A DNA stretch of 64,000 nt from Chrysomallon squamiferum (Eukaryota > Animalia > Mollusca): positions 1,488,001 to 1,552,000 of the forward strand of contig CM022677.1 in the NCBI GenBank assembly GCA_012295275.1, in the 5' to 3' direction. Of the stretch, positions 33,849 to 46,277 are shown piece by piece; position 1 is the first letter of the stretch, and each line of letters opens with the position of its first letter. Position numbers and translations under genes: made by a program. The notes beneath the pieces are model-generated. The model saw nothing but the letters and a program-made list of their open reading frames with translations, had not been told where the DNA came from and made no database searches.

Positions 33849-35599
33849 TATTATGCTTTCTTTTCTAGATAGATATATATATATATATATATTTGTCATT
33901 TCGAACTTTAGTTTCCTGGGGAAGATACATACGCACACATTTTTTCCCCACGAAGGAAAAGGTTGAAGAGGCAAACTGAAATCTCCCACGTTTCTTCGGT
34001 TATCCTCTAAAAAAATGAAAGACAGAAATGTTGAATTTGGCGACTGTAAGGAAACAAAGATAAGATTTTATTTTAACTGACGAACAAAGGAATGCTTTCT
34101 TTCTTTTTCTTTCTTCTTCTTTTTTTTTTTTCATTTATACAGCTTTTTTTTTCTCCATTTATCCCGTCTCCTTTCACCGCATCAACTAATTTGAATTTTT
34201 TTTTTCAAATAACATTTTATTTGTTTACTGAAGCGAAACTTACTATGCGGTTTGTCACGTACAAGGGTGATGAAGAGATGATCGTTTTTAAGATAAAGAA
34301 ATAAAGTGCATTACAATTAAACAAATACAGCACAAAAGCTACACCTACACTGTCACGTTTCTTCATATTGTATGGAAGTGTTAAACTAATTTCCCCATCT
34401 AACATATTATGATATGAATTTAATCTTTTTTTTTAAATCTAACAGTCGACAGTAAGTAGAAATATTAACATTTGTGAATGTAATTTATGAAATGATAATA
34501 TAAAAAATAAAATATTTACAGATCGCTCAGTCCATGTAAAGACTAAGAGAGAAATAATAAGAAATACAAAGACCCTTTTCATCAAAGAAAAGAAACAAAG
34601 GAACAAAACAAAAAACAGTTTTTGTTTACATGTGTGTGTGACAAATCTCAATGAATAAAAACTATTATTTTCTGTGAGGTATACTCTTAATATTATTTAT
34701 TAATTAATAAATGTATTATTATTTTTATTATTACACACACACAGAGACACACCCAACTCACACACACTCACACACACACACACTGGAAACAATAAACGCT
34801 GTCTGAAATTGAATGACTAACTCGATGATATTGGACTTTGTTAAGGTAATAGAAAGGAAAAGAAGAAAAAGAAAAGAACAACACTATTACACATAAAAAG
34901 AGGTTGGAATCTGGTCACGTTTACACACTGATACGCAAATGTTCATACCCTGTATTTAGTTTAACAGTTTACATCATATTTGTTTGCCGAGGCGGAACGC
35001 TTCATCTTGTTTAATCAAGTTTTCAATATGCGCAGTCATGAGTTTCACAAAGTTAATTTAACTCAGGTCCGCACTTGATACTGAAAAGAAACATTTTCCT
35101 CTCCTGGCAGAACGACAACAGTCAGCTGATCGCGTGATTCAGAAAGACCACGCGATTGACACAGATAAAATACTTCGTCTTCAGAAATATATCTTGTTTA
35201 AGTTAATACAGAAATGCTGGGTATCGAAATTTATAGTGGGTATAGGGGAAGGACTTGGTTTAATCGCCTCATTTAGTATAACTTAAAAATCAAGTTTAAA
35301 AAATGATAATAAAAGAAAAAAAATGTATACCTTACAGTTTAGTCGTCCTGTGAAAATCACGTGTTTTGTTTTATATTAATTTTATGATTAAAACAGTATC
35401 AGAGGGACCAGTAAATTCAACTAATTATCGTGTTGGTATAACACTAAACTTATCCTCTAGATAAATAATCAATTAACAACTTAACTTTATTAATTTTGAA
35501 ACCTATTTTGTAAATATACACAAAAACATTTAAAAGTGTTCTTATATATATAATAAATACGCTGTTAGTGACACAGATTACACTGCAAAAGTGAGAACA

Positions 35600-35935
35600 G
35601 TATTTTACCACAACCCGCTGTCAAACGCATATCGCATTTTTCAAAGCAAGGTCAAAGTTTAAAGGTCCTCTTCAGTTACCTCCCTGTTTATCAAAAGGAA
35701 TCACTGGGCCGTGCAAAAACCCGTTTATCGCTTGTTCTTCCTCACACCCGAGTTTTCCTTGCTGACGTCATACATTAGATTCCCGCAGACGTCAGTGAAA
35801 AGAGCGAGAGAAGCCAGCCCAGGCTGACACATTTTAAAACTTTGTTTACACACAAACTCGCCGCAGCTAAATATCTTAACTCTCAAATTTACAAACTACC
35901 TTTAAGAATTCGTAATCGCGTATTTTCCGGTAAAA
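35600..35935 (+). promoter_or_regulatory. CpG-rich promoter-like module (DR1-like element, CRE, possible first exon and donor); copies at ~46575-46920 and ~52370-52700 (minus)
   Basis: CAAGGTCAAAGTTTA 35647-35661; TGACGTCA 35763-35770; AGACGTCA ~35787; CCG|GTAAAA at ~35930; CpG-dense in an AT-rich background. Confidence 0.4.
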
Positions 35936-36826
35936 AGAGTATTATGTATGGTTAAAGAGAAATTCATTTCTTTTTATATATTTTATAGTTTATTTACTCT
36001 AGTGAGTAGTGTGTGTGTGTGTGTGTGTGTGTTTTAATTTTTAAGTTTTATATTTTGCTTTATATTTTCTGTTTCATATATAGAGACTATACAATGTAAA
36101 CATTTTTCTTTTATATAAAGAGTATTACGTTAGTAAAATTATCTATAGCAAGTATATAGAAGAAAAAATGTATCTATTAAAAAGAGTTTCGAAGATATCC
36201 GTGTTTAACGTTATAACAAAAGAAAATATTAAATTTCCTCGTCACAATTATTATTATTATTATTATTATTATTATTGTTGTTGTTGTTGTTGTTGCTGTT
36301 GTTGTTGATACAAAAAACGGCTTTAGTGATGTAAATAAGAACCGCTAGCATTATTTGAAAAAAGTCTTGAGAGTATATGAACAGAGAAAAACAAAAAGTA
36401 CAATGGATTTTTTCCGTGGGTGACAAAACGGGCATGTCTGTCTTCGGTATTGTAAATAGATCAAAACAAAAAAGTATTAACACTGACAAATAAAAAACCA
36501 ATGAAGATATTTATAACAGAAATTAAACTGACAAATATAGCTGTAATTATTACATTGTAATATATATGTAACTAGTCCTAAAATACATGTCTACTACTGT
36601 TGCCATGAAAACGGAATATATGTAAGTCATCTCAGTTACATGTTTTCTTTACTTTTATTGTAATTTTGGTGACATTGCTCGCACCTCGCCTTTGAGAGAC
36701 AAAGCGGCTTCACGACTAGGCTGATTATTCCGATTTCTGCCGTTTTTTTATTTACGTAGATATTTTTATTTAGATATCCATTGCTTATGACCAATCAATC
36801 TCACTCTTATCTTTCTCTCTGACACT

Positions 36827-36882
<56 letters not shown>

Positions 36883-38874
36883 CATATCTATGCTTTATAT
36901 ATTTGCCTCCTTATAAGTTTTTATTTTAATCCTAAAGACAGGCAAGTTCTCGTTGAACAGTTCCGATCCCATGAATGTTATCGCGTTGCTAGCACTAAGG
37001 AACTCAAATATTTCCAACGCAATAACAAGAGATTTTGGATGAACAATGTACGCATATATAAATAAATAAACCATAGAATTATGGTTTTATGAGCCATGAC
37101 TTTAACAGACACAACATGTGACTTAGTATTTAACATAACAATACTCCGACAGACAGACAGACAGACAAAGAGATATAAATAAACTGATAGACAGATGTGA
37201 ATAAACTATTTAAATATTATAAAAGTATCAAAATGATTTACATTTGTTTTCAAAATAGCAAATTAATATTAATATACATGTGTTCATTTGCAAGGAAATC
37301 CATAAAAAAGATCTTTGTTAAACATAAACCAGGTATAGAATACTGAAATCAGTGCAGACCTGTTTTCCTTAACCCAGTCATAATGTTAAAACATACTTAT
37401 ATCTATCTATCGGTGTAACTATTATTTGTATCACTATCTCCACAATTACATCTATAACTTCTACAATTATTTCAAAACTATGTAAATAAAAATATTCTTC
37501 ACTCTTATGAAATTGTTTCCCAAGCTGATGAAAATGTTAGCTAAAAACGTAGTAAACACAGAAAACACAATAATCGTAAAATAGAAATTTTGAAAAAACC
37601 TAGTATAAAATTTTTCGTAAGCCACTAAAGAGCTAAAAGTGCAATAGAACACAAAAATACCAAGATTTCTGTTTTGTTAATAAAAGTATATTAACAAAAT
37701 AAAATAATAATTTGTGGACATTTGGTTACAAAACAAAAATTAAATATTAAATAACAACTTGACAGCTAATGTGATCTGCAAATTATTCATTAAGAAAATT
37801 TCTTAATAATATAGCTTACAAACAAAATATCATCTTCTACTTTATGTTTAATTAGCATACTTTGTTTTTATCTTTTTAATCTTTAACAGAAATTTTCGTA
37901 TTCTTTGTTATTTTATATTTGGATTACGTGATTGAGTTGATTATTCTTTAAAATAAAAATAAATAAATAAATAAATAATCAAATGAATGAATGAATAAAT
38001 AAATAAATAAATAAATTTATCTCCCTTGAACCATAAAATTTGCAACAGTTAAGGATTTCTAGCATTAGTCATTTTTTAAATAATTTATTTTGTATAGACT
38101 TGACTGCACTTGGTGCTGTATCTGGTCCAAACATTCTGTGTACTGTCTACATCTGATTATATCTTTCATGAACAACACTGTGACTTTGAATCTAAAGTCA
38201 GTATCGCAATATTATAGATTCTTCAATAAGAACTTTCCATGATTGACACAAGTAATGTTTTTAAAATGTTATTTTGGTGTGAAACTTGCTAAAAGCTTTC
38301 AATTTTATCCAAGAATTCAATTCTTCATATTTGGTGTTGAGATGTTTCATTTTCTTAGTTTAGGGTGATCAGAAAACTTGAAGAACTTGGAGGCAAAATT
38401 GACAAGTGATTTAGAACCAGAGAACATCACTTCTCACGTGTTTTCTTTCATTCTCAAACCAAGCTCATGATAAAAGAACCTGAAGAAAATTAAAAAAGAA
38501 TAAAACTTGTGATTAAAATAAAATAATATTCAGAGTTTTATGAACAATATTAATGTGGATTATACAATTTTACATGTAAAATAAAGGTTAGGTATGATTC
38601 AAATGGGTTGTGACTTAATTATTTGACATTCTTCTGGTCAGCATGTCTAGTTTGTCCTGTAAAGTAATAAAAACAAAAGAAAAATGTATCATTAATAATC
38701 CTTTCATTCATTGGCATCAAAAGCAAATTATAATTTAAATGTTAGCTAAAGTATTGACAGGGGACATCTGACCTTAACACAAGTTTGAATAAATCAAGTT
38801 TGAAGTATGGATCAAATAATTTTACTATGTAGCATTCACATTTTTGACATTAATGTACTAAGTTAACATTTAAA

Positions 38875-39119
38875 ATGTTAACATGACTGTATGTGTGTAT
38901 TTCAGTTACTAAATCTAAATGTTAACACATGATGTTAAATGTTAACATGACTGTATGTGTGTATTTCAGTTACTAAATCTAAATGTTAACATGACTGTAT
39001 GTGTGTATTTCAGTTACTAAATGTAAATGTTAACATGACTGTATGTGTGTATTTCAGTTACTAAATCTAAATGTTAACATGACTGTATGTGTGTATTTCA
39101 GTTACTAAATCTAAATGTA
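38875..39119. repeat. 44-bp intronic minisatellite, ~5 copies (mirror 43386-43650, ~6 copies)
   Basis: ATGTTAACATGACTGTATGTGTGTATTTCAGTTACTAAATCTAA in tandem. Confidence 0.95.
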
Positions 39120-40035
39120 AGCTCTGTGTAACAAATTCACTCACTTTCTAATCAATGGCTGACTTCTCACATCTGACTGGATGTTTCACAGAAAATTCTT
39201 CCTCTGTTTTTGTTGTCAGCTCAGAGTAGTAGACTGTCTCCTGGGCTGATCTGACACTGGATTCTGAAAACACAAATTATTTATATTAATGACCCTGAAA
39301 GAATTTATAAAAAATAAAATAAGACAAAAAACTATTTTTTTCAATAAAAATAATAATAATAATAATATAATATAAAAATTAACTATGAAGAAACAGTAAA
39401 CAAATCATATCTGAAAATAATAATAAAAAATAAATATTTGCATATCTATTTATTTATATATCTACAGTTAAAGCAAAATATATAAAATAAATAATTATAA
39501 AAAAGTGAATACAACTGTCTTTTAATCTGAATGTCTCACCTGAATTTATGTTCATATCATGTTCATCTTTTCACACTCAGTGCTTGAAAAACCCACATGT
39601 AATGAATGGTCAATTAATTCTGTTGTATTAATGAAAACAGCTGAGAAAGTAAACCTGTTTTCATGTGATCAGAGAAAACATGAACTTTTTTCTCCAGCAC
39701 TGCTTCAGTACAGTCAATCTTCAGTAATAACACTGAAAACAAAAATAGCATTTTAAATATTTATTTCAAATAAATTCCATGTAATTCAAACAAATATTAA
39801 TAACCATAACAACAACAAAAATAATAAATCAAAAATATATATATATATAAAATAAAATAAATAAAAATAGTTTTAAAAAGCAAAAGCCAACAAAATATGT
39901 AAATAAATAAATAAAAATAAATAAAAAAATATAAAAAAAAATGTATGTTCTCAAAACTGTTAATCTATAAAAAAAGAACAAATGAGGTGTGTCAGTTGTG
40001 TTGTGTATGATTAACATAAAAACTGTGAAAAAAAA

Positions 40036-40277
40036 CTGACAACTGAGCAGCTTACCTCTCAGTTGTGTTGTGTATCATTAACATATTAAAACTGTGAGTA
40101 AAAATATTACCACTGACAACTGAGCAGCTTACCTCTCAGTTGTGTTGTGTATCATTAACATATTAAAACTGTGAGTAAAAATATTACCACTGACAACTGA
40201 GCAGCTTACCTCTCAGTTGTGTTGTGTATCATTAACATATTAAAACTGTGAGTAAAAATATTACCACTGACAACTGC
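40036..40277. repeat. 77-bp tandem repeat, 3 copies
   Basis: CTGACAAC starts at 40036, 40113, 40190 and 40267. Confidence 0.95.
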
Positions 40278-40977
40278 AGCTGCTGAACTCTGTTTCTGGA
40301 CTTGAATGTGCTGGAAGCAACCCACCAGAACACAGCAACATCTCTGGGGATGGATTCAAACTGGGTTCTGTCTTCGATTGGAATTTACAGCAACATTCAC
40401 CAAAGCAAATCAAATTCCTGAAACAGACTTGAACACAGTTTCAACAACTCCATTATCCACCAGGACCTTTCAAGAATCCCTGTAATAAATAAAAATATTT
40501 TTGATTAAATACCATTATTAATTGTTATGAACTCTACAACCAAAACTAAAAAAAGGATGTTTAATAAATTAAAAGGAAATAAAAAATAAAAAATATGATA
40601 ATAAAAATATATTAAACATTAATAAACAGCATTTTCACCAGTATGAACATAGTTTTCCTGCACTGTGAATTAATATAATTAATACTACATTAGTTTATTT
40701 TAATATAAAATCTAAATCATCAAAAAAAATTAAATAAATAAATAAATAAATATAAAACAAATAAAAAAGTAAATAAAAACAAAATAAATTAATTATATAC
40801 TATAATATAGTTTGATATTAGGTGTAAAATAACTGAAGACATTAAACATTTTATAGAATATATATTAATGAAAACAAACTTCAAGACTAATCTGTCAGTG
40901 TATTACTACACATTTTCTTTTACCTAATCACTAAGAACTTTAACTAGGTGCTTCTAAACTTACACTACTGTTACCAG

Positions 40978-41360
40978 AATATTCTTTGTATGACCAATAT
41001 GCTGAATCTTCCTCCAGAGAGCTTGGGCACTGCTGAAAAAAGATCTCCTTGAACTCTTTCACTGCTGCACTGGAGACATCTTTCTCAAAGTCCGTCTAGA
41101 TAATCTGTGGCTTCAGGCTGAAGTTTTTTTCTGCTTCAATCTTCAACAGTTGAAAAACTGTGACATACATAGCTTGAATCTTGTTTGGAATGAACATGTA
41201 TACAAGAGGGTATGTGATGTCCTGGAATTCTGCATGAAGAGTGTGAAACCAATGTTTCCTATCACAGATTCTTAATACCTGCTGCAGTGTGACCTGATGA
41301 ATTACCTCCCTTCCTTCTTAGTCCACCAGTCTGAGTGTACTGGTCTCCATGGAGATTGTA
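40978..41360 (-). mobile_element. Mutator/MULE transposase relic
   Basis: Translates to KHWFHTLHAEFQDITYPLVYMFIPNKIQAMYVTVFQLLK...PQII*TDFEKDVSSAAVKEF..(shift)QALWRKIQHIG, matching the MULE pattern TIH..PLVY.LLP.K...Y...F..LK..P..I.TDFE..Q.LWRKIQ..G. Confidence 0.8.
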
Positions 41361-42859
41361 CCTGTCAAATATAGAACTGCTACCTGTACAAGATATTCAT
41401 AATCTTGAAATAATTTAAAATTTATTAATTTCATCAAACAAACAAAAACATAAATAAATAAATAAATAAATATATTATAATTTCTTTGATTTTGTTTCTA
41501 GTGAGAATTAGTGCATCCATTACCATTACAAGTTAATAAAATACTTAAATAAATGTGTTTTTTTTTTCTTTTTTTTTGTTGTTTAAGAATATAAAACAGT
41601 TCATTCACAGAAGTAAAGTTTGCATTTGTATGGTTATCAAAACAACATAATGAAAGTATTCAGTAATTTTGCAATGTAATTTTCTAGTCATGATTTTAAG
41701 TCACAATCTTTTATATCATTTTATTTACATTGTCGCAAAATGACAGAAAGAATTAAAAAATATATATTTTTAATTAAAACATTAAAACTTTTATTTCTAA
41801 TTAAATGAAATATCATTCCCTGAAAGAGACGTAATACAGGGAACTATCACAACTAAATTTGCTGCAGACTTAGAAACACATAACAACATTTCTAGGAAAT
41901 CCACTCACGTTTCCATTAATGATGCCAGAGATCTTTCTGTGCCATCTCTGAAAAGACCAAGGTTTCCAGGGATGTCCATATAAGCAAGAATTCAATTTGC
42001 CTAACTTCTGAGTTCCTAGAATCCTACAAATAAAAAAGAGAATTAAAATATTAAGTATAAAAACAAATTCAGTGATAACATGGAAACATTTCAGTGGACA
42101 AATGGATTTGTTTCTTCAACATGAAATTAATTTAAACATTGGATTAAGGTATTTTATTAAACTGGAAAGGTTTCTAGGTTGTGTTGTCTTTTTTTCCCTT
42201 TGTAACTTTATGATGCTAACTTAAGTTAGAAAATGTTTATTTATCTGCAATTTACTCTTCAATTCTAATTTCAAGGAAGGATATTAATTGTAACTGAACA
42301 TAAAGAAAATACAAAATAATGTAGCTTTAATTATAAAACAAGAGCACACACATATACAAGTTAACTATTTAACTTTCACTTTTCTTATAAATGTAATAAA
42401 ATGTAAGAGTAAATTAAAATATTCAAAATAATGAATAAATTAACAAACGAATAAAGACGGAAATAAAAGAAATTCTTATATTTTAATAATTTTTTAAAAT
42501 GAAGGTTGTAGCCAGGGTAGAGGAGGGTAAGGAATAAAATAATAATGATGACTGAAGAAGAAGGAAACAAGATGCTGTTTAAAAACCAAGGAACTTTAAT
42601 AACAGACTCAGTGACACAGAAAGATTAAATATAAAACTATTGTAAGACTGACATCTCCACAGAGGACAAACTGACCCAGCTTTATGACAACAACACTAAT
42701 AACACTGAATAAACCATCGGTTAATTTACTGATATATTTTAGAAAAACAGAATCATTCTTGTGCATTTACTACTTCTTTGCTGCCATCTACATGTTGGAA
42801 GATCAACTAGTGGTGGCTCTTATTTTTCAGCTCACAGAATTCATCTGTGACACCAATAA

Positions 42860-43059
42860 NNNNNNNNNNNNNNNNNNNNNNNNNNNNNNNNNNNNNNNNN
42901 NNNNNNNNNNNNNNNNNNNNNNNNNNNNNNNNNNNNNNNNNNNNNNNNNNNNNNNNNNNNNNNNNNNNNNNNNNNNNNNNNNNNNNNNNNNNNNNNNNNN
43001 NNNNNNNNNNNNNNNNNNNNNNNNNNNNNNNNNNNNNNNNNNNNNNNNNNNNNNNNNNN
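42860..43059. other. Assembly gap (200 N)
   Basis: Run of exactly 200 N. Confidence 1.
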
Positions 43060-43065
43060 CTGTTG

Positions 43066-43091
43066 TGTACTTCGTTCAGTTACGTATTGCT
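43066..43091 (+). other. Oxford Nanopore ligation adapter contamination
   Basis: TGTACTTCGTTCAGTTACGTATTGCT, recognised as the ONT ligation-kit top-strand adapter, at the very start of the contig; genomic homology begins right after it. Confidence 0.95.
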
Positions 43092-43240
43092 GAAAATAAT
43101 TTTCAGATATTATTCGGTGCTCTTTCTTCATAATTAATTTTTATTTTTACATTAGTATTAATATTTTATTGTTTTTTGTCTTATTTTATTTTTTATGAAT
43201 TCTTTCAGGGTCATTAATATAAATAATTTGTGTTTTCCAG

Positions 43241-44460
43241 AATCCAGTGTCAGATCAGCCCAGGAGACAGTCTACTACTCTGAGCTGACAACAAAAACAG
43301 AGGAAGAATTTTCTGTGAAACATCCAGTCAGATGTGAGAAGTCAGCCATTGATTAGAAAGTGAGTGAATTTGTTACACAGAGCTTACATTTAGATTTAGT
43401 AACTGAAATACACACATACAGTCATGTTAACATTTAGATTTAGTAACTGAAATACACACATACAGTCATGTTAACATTTAGATTTGGTAACTGAAATACA
43501 CACATAGTCATGTTAACATTTAGATTTAGAAACTGAAATACACACATAGTCATGTTAACATTTAGATTTGGTAACTGAAATACACACATACAGTCATGTT
43601 AACATTTAGATATAGAAACTGTAATACACACATACAGTCATGTTAACATTTTAAATGTTGACTTAGTACATTAATATCAAGAAAGTGAATGATACTTTGT
43701 AGAGTTATTTCATCCATACTTCAAACTTGATCTATTCAAACTTGTGTGTTAAGGTCAGATGTCCGCTGTCAATACTTTAGCTAACATTTAAGTTATAATT
43801 TGCTTTTGATTCCACTGAATGAAAGGATTAGTAATTTTGTTTTGGTTATATTACTTTACAGGAGAAACTAGACATGCTGACCAGAAAAATGTCAAATAAT
43901 TAAGTCGGAACCCATTTGAATCATATCTAACCTTCATTTTACATGTAAAATTGTATAATCCAGATTAATATTGTTCATAAAACTCTGAATATTATTTTAT
44001 TTTAATCATAAGTTTTACTACTTTTTAATTTTCTTCAGGTTCTTTTATCATGAGCTTAGTTTGAGAATGAAAGAAAACACGTGAGAAGTGATGTCCTCTG
44101 ATTCTAAATCACTTGTCAATTTTGCCTCCAAGTCCTTCAAGTTTTCTGATCACCCTAAACTAAGAAAATGAAACATCTCAACAACAAATATGAACAACTG
44201 AATTGTTGGATAAAATTGAAAGCTTTCAGAAAGTTTCACACCAAAATAACATATTAAAAACATTACTAGTGTGAATCATGGACAGTTCTTATTGAAGAAT
44301 CTATAACATTGCGATACTGAATTTAGATTCAATGTCACAGTGTTGTTCATGAAAGATATAATCAGATGTAGACAGTACACAGAATGTTTGTACCAGACAC
44401 AGCACCAAGTGCAGTCAAGTCTATAAAAACAAAATTATTTAACAAAATCACTAATGCTAG
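43241..44460 (+). pseudogene. Mirror copy of the last three exons of the decayed spliced transcript (43241-43359, 43862-?, 44039-~44460)
   Basis: TTTTCCAG|AATCC...GAAA|GTGAGT (119 nt, same as 39145-39263); TTTACAG| and TTCTTCAG| acceptors. Confidence 0.55.
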
Positions 44461-45660
44461 AAATCCGTAACTGTTGCAAATTTTAATGTTCGAGGGAGAT
44501 AATTTTATTTATTTATTTATTTATTCATTCATACATTCATTCATTCGATTTTTTATTTATTTATTTTTATTTTAAAGAATAATGAACTCAATCATGTAAT
44601 CCAAATATAAAATAACAAAGAATGCGAAAATTTCTGTTAAAGATTAAAAAGAAAAAAACAAAGTATGTTAATAAAACATAAAGTGGAAGATGATATGTTG
44701 TCTGTAAGTTATATCATTAAGAAATTTTCTTAATGAATAATTTGCAGATCACATTAGCTGTCAAGTTGTTATTTAATATTTAATTTGTTTTGTAACCAAA
44801 TGTCCACAAATTATTATTTTATTTTGTTAATATAATTTTATTAACAAAACAGAAATCTTGGTATTTTTGTGTTCTATAGCACTTTTAGCTCTTCAGTGGC
44901 TTACAAAACATTTTATACCAGGTTTTTTCAAAATTTCTATTTTACGATTATTGTGTTTTCTGTGTTTACTACGTTTTTAGCTAACATTTTCATCAGTTTG
45001 GGAAACAGTTTCATAAGAGTGAAGAATATTTTTATTTACATAGTTTTGAAATAATTGTAGAAGTTATAGATGTAATTGTGGAGATAGTGATACAAATAAT
45101 AGTTACACCGATAGATAGATGTAAGTATGTTTTAACATTATGACTGGGTTAATGAAAACAGGTCTGCACTGATTTCAGTATTCTATACCTGGTTTATGCT
45201 TATCAAAGATCTTTGTTTATGGATTTCCTTGCAAACGAACACATGTATATTAATATTAATTTGCTATTTTGAAAACAAATGTAAATCATTTTGATACTTT
45301 TATAATATTTAAATAGTTTATTCACATCTGTCTATCAGTTTATTTATATCTCTGTTTGTCTGTCTGTCTGTCTGTCGGAGTATTGTTATGTTAAATACTA
45401 AGTCACATGTTGTGTCTGTTAAAGTCATGGCTCATAAAACCATAATTCTATGGTTTATTTATTTATATATGCGTACATTGTTCATCCAAAATCTCTTGTT
45501 ATTGCGTTGGAAATATTTGAGTTCCTTAGTGCTAGCAACGCGATAACATTCATGGGATCGGAACTGTTCAACGAGAACTTGACTGTCTTTATGATTAAAA
45601 TAAAAACTTATAAGGAGGCAAATATATAAAGCATAGATATGTGTGTGCGTGTGTGTGTGC

Positions 45661-45691
<31 letters not shown>

Positions 45692-46244
45692 AGAGTGTCA
45701 GAGAGAAAGATAAGAGTGAGATTGATTGGTCATAAGCAATGGATATCTAAATAAAAATATCTACGTAAATAAAAAAACGGCAGAACTCGGAATAATCAGC
45801 CTAGTCGTGAAGCCGCTTTGTCTCTCAAAGGCGAGGTGCGAGCAATGTTACCAAAATTACAATAAAAGTAAAGAAAACATGTAACTGAGATGACTTACAT
45901 ATATTCCGTTTTTATGGCAACAGTAGTAGACATGTATTTTAGGACTAGTTACATATATATTACAATGTAATAATTACAGCTATATTTGTCAGTTTAATTT
46001 CTGTTATAAATATCATCATTGGTTTTTTATTTGTCAGTGTTAATACTTTTTTGTTTTGATCTATTTACAATACCGAAGACAGACATGCCCGTTTTGTCAC
46101 CCACGGAAAAAATCCATTGTACTTTTTGTTTTTCTCTGTTCATATACTCTCAAGACTTTTTTCAAATAATGCTAGCGGTTCTTATTTACATCACTAAACG
46201 TATTTTGTATCAACAACAACAGCAACAACAACAACAACAACAAC

Positions 46245-46277
<33 letters not shown>

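Larger units (their letters stand above)
38060..42023 (-). pseudogene. Decayed multi-exon transcript (pseudogene or lncRNA); exons ~41909-42023, 40964-41383, 40210/40265-40479, 39540-39732, 39145-39263, ?-38656, ~38060-38479
   Basis: Higher-GC blocks are each bounded on the minus strand by pyrimidine-tract YAG acceptors and GTGAGT/GTAAGT/GTAAGC/GTGAGA donors. All frames contain stops. Confidence 0.6.

Noticed and set aside
38875-40277. 44-bp and 77-bp arrays as CRISPR-like arrays
   Set aside because: Head-to-tail units without unique spacers; no cas genes.
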